Of a DNA stretch of 64,000 bases, positions 1 through 48,770 are shown one piece after another. The notes below the pieces were generated by a model. It was given only the letters and a program-made list of their open reading frames with translations, searched no databases and had not been told where the DNA came from. The translations under genes were made by a program, and so were the position numbers. Source of the DNA: Eledone cirrhosa (Eukaryota); the NCBI GenBank assembly GCA_964016885.1, contig OZ024747.1, positions 86,490,001-86,554,000 on the forward strand, read 5' to 3'. Position 1 is the stretch's first letter. Every line of letters begins with the position of its first letter.

Positions 1-34853
<34,853 letters not shown>

Positions 34854-35018
34854 GAAAATCAAATTAAAATATTCATACTCTACTGCTGCTGAAACAGAAA
34901 ATCTTGACATCTTTGAGCAAGGTTTTCAATTTTGTATGGCAACTTTGGTGTGTTGTGTTGCAGTGTCTATGTGCATAAACAACTGCATTCATGAAATATA
35001 CATACACACACACACACT

Positions 35019-35020
35019 TA

Positions 35021-35054
<34 letters not shown>

Positions 35055-35127
35055 CATACATACATACATACATATATATATACACATATATATATATATA
35101 CATACATACATATATATATATATACAC

Positions 35128-35162
<35 letters not shown>

Positions 35163-35269
35163 CATACACATATATATACATATATATATATATATATACA
35201 TACATATATATATATATACACATATATATATATACATACATATATATATATATACACATATATATATAC

Positions 35270-35304
<35 letters not shown>

Positions 35305-35326
35305 CATATATATACATATATATACA

Positions 35327-35394
<68 letters not shown>

Positions 35395-35402
35395 CATATA
35401 CA

Positions 35403-35452
<50 letters not shown>

Positions 35453-35481
35453 CATATATATATACATATATATATATATAC

Positions 35482-35576
<95 letters not shown>

Positions 35577-35577
35577 C

Positions 35578-35628
<51 letters not shown>

Positions 35629-35671
35629 CATATATATATATACATATATATATATATACATATATATATAC

Positions 35672-35702
<31 letters not shown>

Positions 35703-35717
35703 CATATATATACATAT

Positions 35718-35754
<37 letters not shown>
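35019..35754. repeat. ~735-bp (TA)n/(TACA) compound microsatellite, about 165 bp after the stop codon
   Basis: Directly visible. Confidence 0.97.
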
Positions 35755-35757
<3 letters not shown>

Positions 35758-36542
35758 TTACACAATATACAAAAAGAATCATTTTCGCATATATAGTTGA
35801 TATCATAGAACGAACCAAGCCAAGATTGTTTAAAGCTCACTTATACGGCCGTTTCAAGATAAATTGTAGAATTTGATGTCTATAACTGATCAAATGATTG
35901 GGCACAATCACCAGTCATCGATGTTAGTAACAAGCATCATCAAGACCAGGGAATATCATTTGCCTTTGTAAGTGTTTAAGGTCTTACTATATATCTCACT
36001 CTGTACATTAGTTACCTGCCTAAGTAAGACGATCAAATAAAACCACATGGTGCTAAACTAACATCTTTCAGAAGGCAAATATTACAGGACTGGTCATAAT
36101 AAGTGGTGAAAATAGCAGTCAAAATAGTCCCTCTATGGCAACTCTACAAATTAAAATTTGGAGTAGTTATAGTTTTATTAGGTTAAATCTATACATATAA
36201 AATGTATATTATGTTACTCAACAAGGAAAGCTAAATGAACATTAAGCTCAGAGCATAATTTATTCAAATTTAAACAATATGCACAAAACCCTTTTCCTAT
36301 ATCTAGTTGAGAAACAGCTAGTATTATGTACAGAATAACAAATAATAAGTGTACTCACTTAAAGAAAGAATGAAGCCAAACTACACACTGAAGTGGCATC
36401 AAGGTCAAAACTTTGAAATTATGCTCTGATTTGAAAGTTCATTGAGTTTTCCTTGTTGAGTAACTTAATATACATTTTATATGTATAGATTTAAACTAAT
36501 GATATATATATATATTTAATTTCAACACAATATAATTATTCC

Positions 36543-36624
<82 letters not shown>

Positions 36625-36651
36625 TGGGTGTTTTATGTACAAATATACATA

Positions 36652-36941
36652 AATAGAATATTAACTGAATGAGCATTCAATTCATGTGAGCAGAGTATAA
36701 AATGAATTTCCCAAAGAAAAATGTGATGGTGACTTCAAAGTTTCAGTGCTGATAGGTTAGTAAGTGACTAACAACACCATAACCCAGTAGCAGAAATAAC
36801 CACCTATAAAGACCTAAGAAAGACACATATCTGCAGACTGAAGTGGCATCAATGTCAAAACTTTGAAGTCATTGCCTCATTTTTCTTCTGGAAGAATATA
36901 TGAATGTATGTACATATGTATGTATGGAATATACAGACATG

Positions 36942-36946
<5 letters not shown>
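36652..36946. repeat. Inverted repeat, right arm
   Basis: See 32911-33201. Confidence 0.97.
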
Positions 36947-36982
<36 letters not shown>

Positions 36983-37211
36983 CATATACAAATGAATAAA
37001 TATATATATATATATATGTAAGTATGTTTTGAAACAGTGAGCATGTTTGAAATTAGAAATAGGAGCTTCCACCGTACTTTTTTACGATGAGTAAAGATGA
37101 GTATAGATGTACATGTACATCTATACTCATCTTTTTCCATTTCTCTGAGGGTTCTAAACCCCACTATCAGGCTAAAATTTCTTTAGTAAAAAAATACGGT
37201 GAAAGCTCCTA

Positions 37212-37263
<52 letters not shown>

Positions 37264-38125
37264 TAAGATATGAATGCACAAGTATATTTATCTGAACATA
37301 GACATACAATGCATAGTACTGTACTATTTTATTTTCACATGGGCAGGCAATAAAAAAAAAATGAAAATCAAATATTTTGGCAATTATGATACTAACACCC
37401 TTGCACACAAATAAAATAAACTTAACAGACTTTGCCTCTGAAACAAAAAACAACAACAAAAAACAATATAGCTATGGTTGGATCCATTCTAGCTTTGGTG
37501 ATATGCCTGCTTTATCACACCCTTCAACTAAGCCACAGCAACATCAAATCACACATGAATATACTGGGCCACATGCATATATATAAAAAGAATGGAATCA
37601 ATTACATAAAACAAATTATTGTAATGGCCGCTATAAAACAGTATATTATTTTCATGTTGATAGTTCCATTTGTTAAATACACAATATGATGGTCTCTTGC
37701 TGAAGGATTTTGTATGGACCATAATAAATGAATATAAGCTCTGTTTATATATAGAATATTCTTTTTTGTTGTTGATATATTGCAACACACAGACACACAT
37801 ATATATCTATACACATACATGTATGTGTACTATTCTTATTAGTATGTATATGTGCATACCTGCATATGTGTATGTGTGTATGAAGAAGTCTAGTACTGGT
37901 TAAGGACTAAGCTAAATGAGATTTATTGTCAAATATACAGATCAATAACCATAACTTGGCCAACATATTCCAAACATGAACCAATGTCTTCCAATTATCA
38001 CAGATATCCAACCTTATGTAAACTAATTAATTAAATAACTGTTTTTAACTGAAAACGTTGTCATAAACTTTATTTTAAATGCAGTATACATACACACACA
38101 CAAACACATGTGTGTGTGTGTGTCT

Positions 38126-38172
<47 letters not shown>

Positions 38173-39684
38173 GACTGATAAGTTTCAAAATGCTGGTATA
38201 ATGCAGTAGCAATATATAAAAGGCAAAGGATGATAAATAAAACAAAACAAAGTAATGTTTCAAAGTAATATTTCAGGGCTAACACTCCCTTTTCAAATGT
38301 GAAACAGAAATGGTTCAAACAAAAATGAACGATCAATGTGTTATTCCCTAACTGGTCTATGTATCTGAAATACACATGCATCGAATCATTATAGTAGTCA
38401 ATTTGCTTCATACATTTCCAATGTATAATTTATATGGCTTTTTCTTGTTGATGATAATGGCCTCTTTGATTTTTAAATTTCCCACATTCTTTCTATTGCC
38501 TCTTTGGGAACCTCAATGTTTTAGCTGTGGCATCTGTTTTTGATAGAATCTCTCATCAACGTGTGTTCCTTGGTCCATATGTGCAGCATCCAGACAGTAC
38601 TTCCAATGTACGAGGAGCTACATTTTTTTTACATGTGATCTTGTACAACACATATGCTCTCATGTACACTTTTGTGTTGTTGATAGTACAATTAGAAAGT
38701 GTGCACAAATCGTTCTATGCAGGTCGGTGTCTGTAGAGTAGTCTCTTCAGTGAAGGTCTTAACTGCACCAACTGTATGTTCAGGCCCTCTCTACAGATGG
38801 CTTGCCTGATGGCAACCATCATCTTCTCATTGAAATGTAGCAGCTTTAGGTAGCATATGTTATCTCTAGGGGCATGTGTCCTCTTGGCATTTTTGTGTAA
38901 GTAGAGTAGCCATTCTCGGTGAGAACTCTTTGGAATTCCACCATGCTGGTATGTTTCTCACTACCCTTGCTGCATCTATTGCACATTCATGAGATTCCAT
39001 ATCTTAAGAAATGTAGGCAACCAAAACTGCACTGAGGAAGGACCGTTCATGTTAGCATAGTTCCACACCGCACCACATAATTTATGTGAGGAGCTCAAAC
39101 ACAGAAATAACTGTAAAACAGCTAAATAATTATAGCATAGACATTTGGGTAAAATACCCTGGAAGGAAGGGGTGGCTGATTAATATATGGGGAGAGGGGA
39201 TGTAGTGGCCTTGTGATATGATTGATAGAGTGCAGTGGTGGGGTAGGGGGTCAATGCCCTCCTCCAATAATTATATTTTTCTCCCCAATCTACCAAAGCA
39301 CACATCTATTTGTATATGCGCTCCGATTTATGTACATGTTATGTTTATCGCGTATCAAACTTTTTTTTTTATCTTGGTTGATATTTGATAATAACAATGT
39401 AATATATTATGTTAACCTTCATAGTAAATTTTTTGTCATGTCATAACTTTTTCTCCACATATCATTATTTACCAATTGCTAGTATGTGTATTCAGAGACA
39501 GATTTCACAGGTCATTTTGCTATAATTACTTTATTATTGAAAGCTGTAAATGTAATATGACCTGTTTGAACTCAAATTGCATTTTCTGACCATTTTAGAG
39601 TGCAAAGAGCTAAACTAATCATTACAACTAAATTGACCAAATTTGCCCCCACCCCACCCAATTCAGAAATGTTTCCATTGTCTC

Positions 39685-39727
<43 letters not shown>

Positions 39728-40969
39728 GCGTGTGTGTGTTTCTATGTATGTATGGTCCCGTAACTCCCGATAGAGTTGTCGAGGCACTGTATTGACATAC
39801 AGCATTTCTTGGGTATTTTAAGCCTGGCAGACCCCATCCCTCTCCAGGCCTGAGTACAGCAGATTTCTTCCAGAGAAAGATAGAAAGTGAGACAGAAGAA
39901 AATGAGAAAGAGATATGGAGGAAATATCGATCCCAGTATGAGACTGGTACTTTTTTATCGACCTCGAAAGGATGAAAGGCAAAGTAGAATTTGTATGTGG
40001 CAGATGCACAAAAGCAGTGAGCAGCAAGAGCTTACATGAAACAGGCTCTATCAAATGGCCAGAATGCTTTCTAGAAGTAGTTGATAGTTTCCTTTACCAA
40101 GATGACTAAATCATGCAGCTGAATCTTAGAAAGGTGACAGAGGATTGAGTTGACTGGTGATATGGCATATAAGATGGAAGATACATATTCTCATACAAGG
40201 AGTAAGAAACGAACATGGAGAGGGCAGAAAAGTGAAACAATTTGTAGGCCTCTGCAAACTAAGATACATCCACCCAAATCCTGCACCCACCTTAACCACT
40301 CCTCCACTAACTATCTTGTCTCTTCACTATCTATGTACTCTTTCACTCTCCTTCCCCATACACTCCATTCCAGCATGGAAAGATGTGTCCCCTGCAATCC
40401 ACATCCCAGATTCATATCCCTTGTCCAACCCATGCCAGCATAGAAAGCCAGTCATACCCTATAATATACTGCCTCTTCAATGCTTATTTTTCCATTATAA
40501 GATGACCCCCCATGTCCTTCATCAAGCAATATATAGTCTGCCCCACTCTCATTTTACATCCCCATTACTATCTCCTTAGCTTAGCCAAGGACACAACGAG
40601 AACCCCTACACACTCTGTAAATTGGTAGTGCTGGTGGCTCAATAAAATGCACCCACTCCACCCCATAAGGTGGTAGTGTTGGTGCCAAGACAAAAAGCAC
40701 CTAGTCCACTCTGTAAGTTGAAAATGCTTCTAGTACATGCAGTGAAGTAATTGGTATTAGGAAGGGCAAAAAACGGAGCAAAACATGGTCTTCTGACTGG
40801 TCTATCCTCAGTATTTGACAACTAGTCCTACCCATGTAAACAAAATAAACAGACGTTAAATGGTAATGATGATGACGATGATGAATCTTCAAATTTTAGA
40901 TTTATGAAAAAATATTTCGTTTAAATTTCAAACAAAATATATATTATATTATTTTATATTTGTTAGTAA

Positions 40970-41155
40970 TAATTGTTTCTACTTTTTGGCACAAGGCCAG
41001 CAATTATCCCAGTGTATTACTGGTACTTTATTTTATCGACCCCGTAAGGATGAAAGGCAAAGTTAACCTCGGCGGGATTTGAACTCAGACCATAAAGGGC
41101 CGTAACTCTTTGCTGTAAAGCATGTCCGACCCTCTACTGATACTGTCAATCCACC
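40970..41155 (-). mobile_element. SINE, same family as 9106-9290
   Basis: Reverse-complement match; inverted relative to the copy at 41882-42070. Confidence 0.85.
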
Positions 41156-41881
41156 TTTGTTAGTAATAATATAGATATGGTAGTACTGTGGTAATACTTA
41201 ATTCTGAAGTTGAATACTGGTGACTTTTGAAGTAAGAGACATAACTTAGTTTTGTCAGGCTATAGCGAACAGAGTTATGTACCTTTATAAGGCAAGTCAT
41301 AACGCAAAGACTGTTGTAATTTTTTAAACTCATGCTTAGAAACAACCATGTTTTTTTTGCTAAAAAGTCTAAAGTCTATGAAAGTTTAAAATAGCCTAGA
41401 AATGATAGAAAAACGTATTTTGATAAAAAAAATAGCAAATTAAAAATGTTTTAGGTCTAAAATGTCTAAAATTTATTTTAATGTCAAAATAAAGTCTAAA
41501 AATCTTTAAATATTGATTAAAATCTTATTTAAAATGTTGATAATTGTCAAAACTTAAAAAATAACAAAGAAACATCTTAAGTCTTAGAGAAAGAAAACAA
41601 ATTAAAAAACAAACAAACAAATAAAGCAATTAACAAAAGCATTTAGTCAAGCAATCCCCTAAGGAATTAAAAGAAATCAAAAGAAATAAAACTGGTGAAA
41701 CCTAGAATCAGTGTTGATACAGTGTAACTAAACTTATATGCATATACATGCATATACACACACACAATCATGAATACTGTCACCAGTTCAGTTTTCTAAA
41801 GGACATTGGCAAGCATTGGACGGAATCTACAAGCAATAAAAGCAGAAGCAATGGTAATATTTATACAAACACGGTATAAAT

Positions 41882-42070
41882 TGCAGTGAATTGGCAGTAT
41901 CAGTAGAGGGTCGGACAACATGCTTTGCAGCACAGAGTTACGGCCCTTTAAGATCTAACTTCAAATACCACTGAGGTTAACTTTGCCTTTCATCCTTATA
42001 GGTCGATAAAATAAAGTACCAGTAATGCACTGGATTGATTGCTGACCTTGTGCCAAAAGCAGAAACAATA
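41882..42070 (+). mobile_element. SINE, same family as 9106-9290 (more diverged)
   Basis: TTGGCAGTATCAGTAGAGGGTCGGAC...ATAAAAGTACCAGTAATGCACTGG. Confidence 0.8.
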
Positions 42071-42075
42071 TTTAT

Positions 42076-42156
<81 letters not shown>

Positions 42157-42297
42157 TTTAGGTTTGTTGGTTCACCACTGGATAGAACTGGTCATTCCGT
42201 ATGGTCAACCTCGATGTAATATTAGGGAGAGCACTCGACATAATGCAACTCACTCGTCTTCGTTTGTGTTGTTGGTAGTGCGAGTACGGAGTTAATT

Positions 42298-42358
<61 letters not shown>

Positions 42359-42380
42359 TAACTCCGTACTCGCACCAGTA

Positions 42381-42434
<54 letters not shown>

Positions 42435-42482
42435 TATATATATATATATATGCATATATATATATGCATATATATATATATA

Positions 42483-42538
<56 letters not shown>

Positions 42539-42539
42539 T

Positions 42540-42990
42540 AAGAAGAAGAACATATTAACAAGACTCGTCCTGGCCACTTCTGCCATGGTAAAGCTGAATG
42601 TCATATGGGAAAGCAGCTCCATTAGTTTTGCAATGAAGCTCAAACTATACAAGTCATTAGTGACTTCGATCTTTTTGTATGGATGTGTGAGTTAAACTCT
42701 GGCAGCTGACATGGAACGAAGAATCCAGACATTTGAGCAAAGTGAAAAGACGGAAGCTTGCCTGGTATGGTCATGTACCCCACAAAATCTCCTTGTCTAA
42801 AACCATCCGTCAAGGGAGGGCGAACAATAGGCAGACAAAGGAAATCCTGGACAACAACATAAAAGACTGGTCACAACACCGAGGCCCTTGTACGCATGAC
42901 GGAGAATAAAGACTAGTGGCGACGACTGACTGCAAAACCGTCTAGAGTGGCACCCCAACGACTGGCTGCACTAATTGTAGGAACATGATG
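42540..42990 (+). mobile_element. Decayed RTE-clade LINE 3' fragment
   Basis: [32 protein letters not shown], then VKRRKLAWYGHV. Confidence 0.75.
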
Positions 42991-43834
42991 AGTTAAGATA
43001 AAATCTTACTTAATAAGCAATATACAATTATATATTGATCTTGCAGCTTCAATAGAATTAAATATTAACGAATGATATGTATATCAAATAATGTATACAT
43101 TGTTATATGTTATTGTATAGTTTTGTATTATTTATTATACATGCAACAATAAGATTTATATGCAATAAAAATGCAAATCATCCTCTCTTTCTTAAATAGC
43201 TCTTCTGAATTTTTTTCGTTCCGTGGAATTTCCACGAGTCCCGCTAGTAAGAAATAATTGTTGGAACACCTCTTTCCTTTGTTCAAAAAATGCAGCAGCC
43301 TGCTCATGAAATTAACGTGCAAGTGGCTGGGCATTCCATGCACACGTGCACTGTGAATGTAGTTCTCGTGAAGAATCTGTGTGACACGGTGTGTGACAAG
43401 CTTAGCACTTCGAAATACATGTACAACGCATTTTTTCTAGCTAGGTGGACTGGAGAACGTGAAAAATAAAGTGTATCTTTCAAGGATAAAAGGAATCGTT
43501 GGGAATCGAACTTACGCCATTACGAACATGAGCAGAACAATCTACCCACTAAGGCTTCATACGAAATAATTACCATATTAGTAATTGAATAACTTTGTTT
43601 TTTCTCAGTGCATAACAATTTCTAGTTTGTGTTTTAATATATTAAATATATCATTGCATTCAATATATTAACACTTAATGATTTTTTTCGTATGTAGCGC
43701 CCGTGACTTATTTATCATGTGAGTAATACTACTTTTTAAAGCCAAACAGAATCAAGTCTTGTAAATGGTTCTCTCATAATTACTTCGGTAGGAACAACGA
43801 AACTGTGCATTGCTTCTCGTACTTGCGGAAACAA

Positions 43835-44265
43835 AGTACTATTATTTTTTCCAGCCTGTTGCGTTCGAGACGTTCGGTGGAGTTGGGCCGCTGACAGCGA
43901 AGTTCTTGTCTTCACTGGCAGCTCACCTTACTGAGGTGTCAGGTGATGTCCGTGAGGGTGCCTGGTTATTTCAGCGCTTTAGCCTCGCCATCACTCGTGG
44001 TAATGCTACGAGCGTGTTGGCTTGCCTGAAAGTGTACAGTTAACCCCTAAGGTGTGAGCTGTTGCCGATTGTCGCACTTGGTGGTGAATTGCCCCCCCCC
44101 CCCCCTTTTTTTTTCTTTCTTCTTTCTTTCCTTTATGATTTTTGTTCATGAATTTATTTCTGAACGAATTGCGGCAATCTTTTGTGTTATTTACGCATTT
44201 GTTATGTTATTTTTGTATATATTTAAAACATATTTGCAGCGTTATTCTTCTGTAAATTTATACAA
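43835..44265 (+). mobile_element. 3' fragment of a CRE-clade (restriction-like endonuclease) non-LTR retrotransposon
   Basis: FQPVAFETFGGVG...FLSSL...LFQRFSLAITRGNATSVL matches the C-terminal RLE pattern F.P.A.ET.G...L.QR.S.A..RGNA; T-rich 3'UTR follows. Confidence 0.75.
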
Positions 44266-44267
44266 CT

Positions 44268-45413
44268 ACTAGCAGTGTATCCCGGCATTACACGAGTAAG
44301 AACATTGGTAATAGCACCTCCAATGAGAAACATTTATTTGTGAGTGCCTGTTAAAAACTCACGAAAATATACCGACAGGAAACTTGTTTTATTTGGAGAA
44401 AATTAAGAAGTTGAAAGTACAGTTTAGCTATCTACGTGCATTGTTCATAGAAATATTGTTGAGCCCCTTCTTTTCATACTCCTCTGTTTTGGCCTTTTGG
44501 AGTAAATGTGAAAGAGAAAGTCACAGGTTAAGTTGGCAGAAGGTTCCAGTGTCATAGCAGTAAGGCGTAGGCTACTTACCGCAAAAGTTCATTCGCACTC
44601 TTGTCACTAAGTTACTCTTTCTCTCTATCCCTCTCGGTGCAGTCCTTTACGAATTTCTCGCGTAGGCCTGGTGTAGATTTGCACCCGATCCATCTACCCG
44701 ATGCACATGTCCGCTTTGTACGGCTTTTGGAGGAAGGAGTGACCAGTAGTACGTTGTTCGGTATTATTACGAAAAGGTGTAGCAGAGAATCCCGCGTGAA
44801 CTAACAGCTCGGGATGAAACTGCTTACCTCGAATATTCATTCGTCATCGTTCTTGTCAACGCTCCGTTTAGTTGGTATTTGTTAGTCTACAGTTAGATGA
44901 ATGGCGCACAAAGGGTTAATGTTTATTGGCAAGAAGTTTTTTGAATAATAAAAGACGGGTTAAAGCAACCTACAATGTATCTGTGTGTATATATATGTAT
45001 ATGTGTTTGTATATGTATATGTATATGTGTATATGTGTGTGTATATGTATATATGTGTATATATATATGTATATATATGTATATATGTGTGTGTGTGCGT
45101 GCGTGTGTGTGTGATTGTAGCGAAGATAATACGTCAGCAATGACTTGTTCGTCAGAATGTCGTTATGCAAACAGGTAGACATACAGACAGATATTATAAG
45201 GGCTCGACGGAGATCGATAACTCCCCCTTACTCCCCCTTAACAACAGAAAAATTGAAAAATAAAAGCTGCAGTTAGTATCTTTAGGCCGCAAGGAATATA
45301 TAAATGCAAGTTGAAGTCAATCGGAGTAGAAATGTGGATTTGAATAGATTTTGCAAAAATGAGGACACACACACAGACAACAACAGTTTTATATACGATA
45401 ATACGTATATAGA
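44268..45413. mobile_element. Possible non-autonomous Helitron/Helentron-type element
   Basis: One end reads ACTAGCAGTGTATCCCGGCATTACACGAG; the other has a CA/CAGA microsatellite then TTTTATATA...TATATAGAT. This resembles DINE-1/HINE layout (pattern recognition only). Confidence 0.4.
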
Positions 45414-45718
45414 TAATTAAAACAAATTCCGTTCTCACAGAATGAAAATATAAAGTACTACTATTCGTTGACTAGCAATGTATTTCCATTATTCCAGAAT
45501 TATTTCAAGTTAGCTTGCAGCAAATATGATAAAATTAACATCATAAAAATTATCTAAAAGACACAACTGATACATTACGATCAGTTTTAAGCTGATTCAT
45601 AAGTGATTTTCACATGACCGGTATCTGTGATGTGTGAAGGCGTTTGGCTTAGGTGTTAGGGCTTTTCGTCTCACTTTCGCAACGTTGTGAGTTCGAATCA
45701 CGGTGGTACGTCCTTGAA

Positions 45719-46500
45719 CAGTGGTGGTTCGTGTATAGGCACTGCAACACCCCCTATTTTATCTCGATATTAACGATAACATTCAATATAATCAGTCTTT
45801 CTTTATATACATTATATAATCCTGAAGATTAATATCAGTAACCAACCCCTCTTTTATGCAACAAGTATCACACGAAAGCCAAGTATATTTTTCTCTAAAA
45901 TTTGAGCTATTCCAACAGTCTTCTCAAGATCACCACAACGTATATCCATTCTCAAGAAATATATGGACGTCAGGATTCCAAGTCCATCCTCTACAAGATA
46001 TAATTGACAGATATTCTTCCACTAAACACTTAGTAGCAGCTAAATTGTTAAACAAGAAAAGCTTCTCTAGTTTTAAGATCGAACTGCTCACAGAAGAGAT
46101 ATTACTGATCACTGAATCATATCCCATGATTGACAAAGAAAAGTTTGAAAGTGAACTAAAAGTATTGTCCAACCGATATGCATGAATATTGCAAATTAAT
46201 TGAGCTGCGGAAATTTATCTTGGAAAATAATCTAGATTTTGTTCCTAGTGAAATTACGAACCTGATAAAAATCCACTTGACAATTCCGATGACTACATCC
46301 GAACCAGAACGCTGCTTTTTAACACTGAAAAGAATAAAAACTTTTCTAAGGAACACTATGAATCCCGAAAGACTAAATGAACTGTGCTTTCAATGGAGAA
46401 AAATTTCCACAACAGTCATCCAGGGATCAAGGAGAAAAATATTAACCTTTTTGATCAAAGTAAAATAAGACAAATGCATTTCTTTTTTAAATGAATAGAT
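45719..46500 (+). mobile_element. hAT transposon remnant with C-terminal dimerisation domain
   Basis: LTIPMTTSEPERCFLTLKRIKTFLRNTMNPERLNEL; frameshifted; CAGTGG terminus-like start at 45719. Confidence 0.8.
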
Positions 46501-46949
46501 CAAGCTTGAACTGCAACACTTTATTAGTAAGTAAAAAATGATTTTTTTCATTTAGGATTTCATCAATCGATGGGAGTACAACAACAGCAGCAATATATGT
46601 GGTGCAAGATAATTAAGGATGGGATCTTTAGAATGCTAATAGAAAGAAAGACGATGATATGCTAGTAACTTGATTGAATTCACCACAGTGAAATGCCAAC
46701 GAAACCTTAAAGGAATTCACAGCGGTAAAATATCACATTTATATCAAAAGAATTCTCAGTGCAAAAATATCTAATGATGTTTCAAAAACGCCTGATGTAT
46801 GTGGATACATACACATAAAAAGTGTATGTAAGAGGGTGATAAATAGGGTGGAGAGAAATCTCTAAAGAATATTATTATTTATTGATGCCCACATTCACAA
46901 ATACGCACGTACACATACATATGAAACCATACACACACACACAATAATG

Positions 46950-47155
46950 GTTTTTATATAGGCACAAGGCCAGCGATTTTGGGGGAGGGCAAAGTCGATT
47001 AAATCGACCTCTGTGCGTGATTGGCACTTTCTTTTATCGACCCCGTAAGGTTGAAAGGCAAAGTTAACCTCGGCGGAATTTGAACTCAGATCATAAAGGG
47101 CTGTAACTTTATGCTGCAAAGCATGGTGTCCGACCCTCTACCGATACTGCCAATC
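46950..47155 (-). mobile_element. SINE, same family as 9106-9290
   Basis: Reverse-complement match. Confidence 0.8.
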
Positions 47156-47307
47156 CCCAGCCCTACACACACACACACACACGCACACGCACACGCACAC
47201 ACACAAAATAATAATAGTAATAATAAGGAGTAGGAAACCATGGGTCTGAGGAGTTATCGATTCCAAACTCGGGCGCGATCGATACTGATTGTATCTCGAA
47301 CTGATTT

Positions 47308-47585
47308 TGCCGGGAAGGGCAGGCAATTTCCCCCTGTCTGGTGGCGGTAGCGAAAGAGGTTGTGTGGTGGACTAGGTTGAAAGGACTGAAGACAGACACT
47401 TTTCTCTTCGGCCAATCCCTCATCGACCTTTTCAATTTTCACTTGGAAAAGAATGTGAGGGTGGAGGCAGAAGTGCTTCCCCCTAGTACATTTGCTAAAA
47501 GGTAGGTGAATGGGCCTATTCTGAGCATGTAGGTTGGTTAATTTGAGGAAGAGAGAGGTGCCCTTCCAGAGCGTCCTCTAAGAGT
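47308..47585 (+). mobile_element. 3' fragment of a Tx1/L1-group LINE
   Basis: CLVAVAKEVVWWTRLKGLKTDTFLFGQ...HLEKNVRVEAEVLPPSTFAKR matches the C-terminus of ORF 60811-63594 and 11320-11480. Confidence 0.8.
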
Positions 47586-48590
47586 TGTGTGACACCCGCT
47601 GCAACAACCACCAAACTTCGCGGGGCTCCCTCCTCAGACAGGCTACCGACACTACGATCTTGCGAAGGATCTCGGCAGTACGGGGTCCAAGTACGGCTGA
47701 GGTCTCGACGGTGACCAGTGCGAAGAGGAAGCGGTCAGATAATCCCCGGTATTTGTTTATTTTACGTTCTTCTGTGAGGCGGGCTGTGATGTTGGGGTTT
47801 GTGGACGAAGCGACTAAGTTGAAGGCGGAGAACGTGTCACAGAAGGTGACGTCCCAGATGAGGGATCTACCTCCTTCGAATAGGAAGAGGGTGATTCCGT
47901 CGGGACGCTTGCCATCTCCACGGTCTAGGCCTGCTGGCTCTAGTTGAGATGGAAAGCCCGCTGCGTCCAGGCTTCTTCACAATAGGTCGTTGTGAGCAGG
48001 CCTGAGCTCTGGCGGCAAGACAGAGGATGAAGGCTGAACTTATCAACAACCACCCCGCAGCGGCATTTAGGAGGCTCACACACGCGGAGGCCAAGGCGTT
48101 GGGCTACTCCGATGCGAGTGCACTCATGAATATCATGTTGTAACTATTTAAAGATTGTCTTTTCATATTTAGAACAACTTTAATGATTTTGGAAGTGCAC
48201 GATGACTGAATTTCATATACGTTAATCACATTGATATTACAGTTCAGCTGTTGCAAACTGTTTAAACTTTTGCACTATTGTCATCTTGTTATTGTTATTT
48301 TCAATTTAATGTACATCTGTGACAAAGAAGCGTATAAAATGTAACTAAAGGAATTTAATAGATCGGAGTAGCGAAATAATATCTCATAATTTAAAAAAAA
48401 ATCAAATTCCGAGGGAATTCGTTGTAGCTTACGTCGGCAAAAATTGGTTATTGAATTCGTATATGTGGGTAAATTCTGATGCCACGGAAAGAAGAAAATA
48501 CTGGCGTCCTTTGTTAAAGAGAAAACTATTTTATAAAAGTTAGCAGTTTTCATTGTAGCAGTACTGCCAAACATTATTTCTACAGTGACG

Positions 48591-48770
48591 GTGGATTGGC
48601 AGTATCGGTAGAGGGTCGGACGCCATGCTTTCCAGCATAGTTACGTCCCTTTACGATTTGAGTTCAAATCCCGCCGAGGTTGACTTTGCCTTTCATCCTT
48701 ACGGGGTCGATAAAATAAAGTACCAGTAATGCACTGGGTAATTGCTGGCCTTGTGCCTAAAGTAGAAACA
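48591..48770 (+). mobile_element. Young SINE
   Basis: 18-bp TSD ATTATTTCTACAGTGACG (48573-48590, 48771-48788). Confidence 0.9.

Noticed and set aside
38420-39080. Possible second gene or L1-like fragment on the minus strand
   Set aside because: Only short broken frames with no motif I can name confidently; likely an old LINE remnant.
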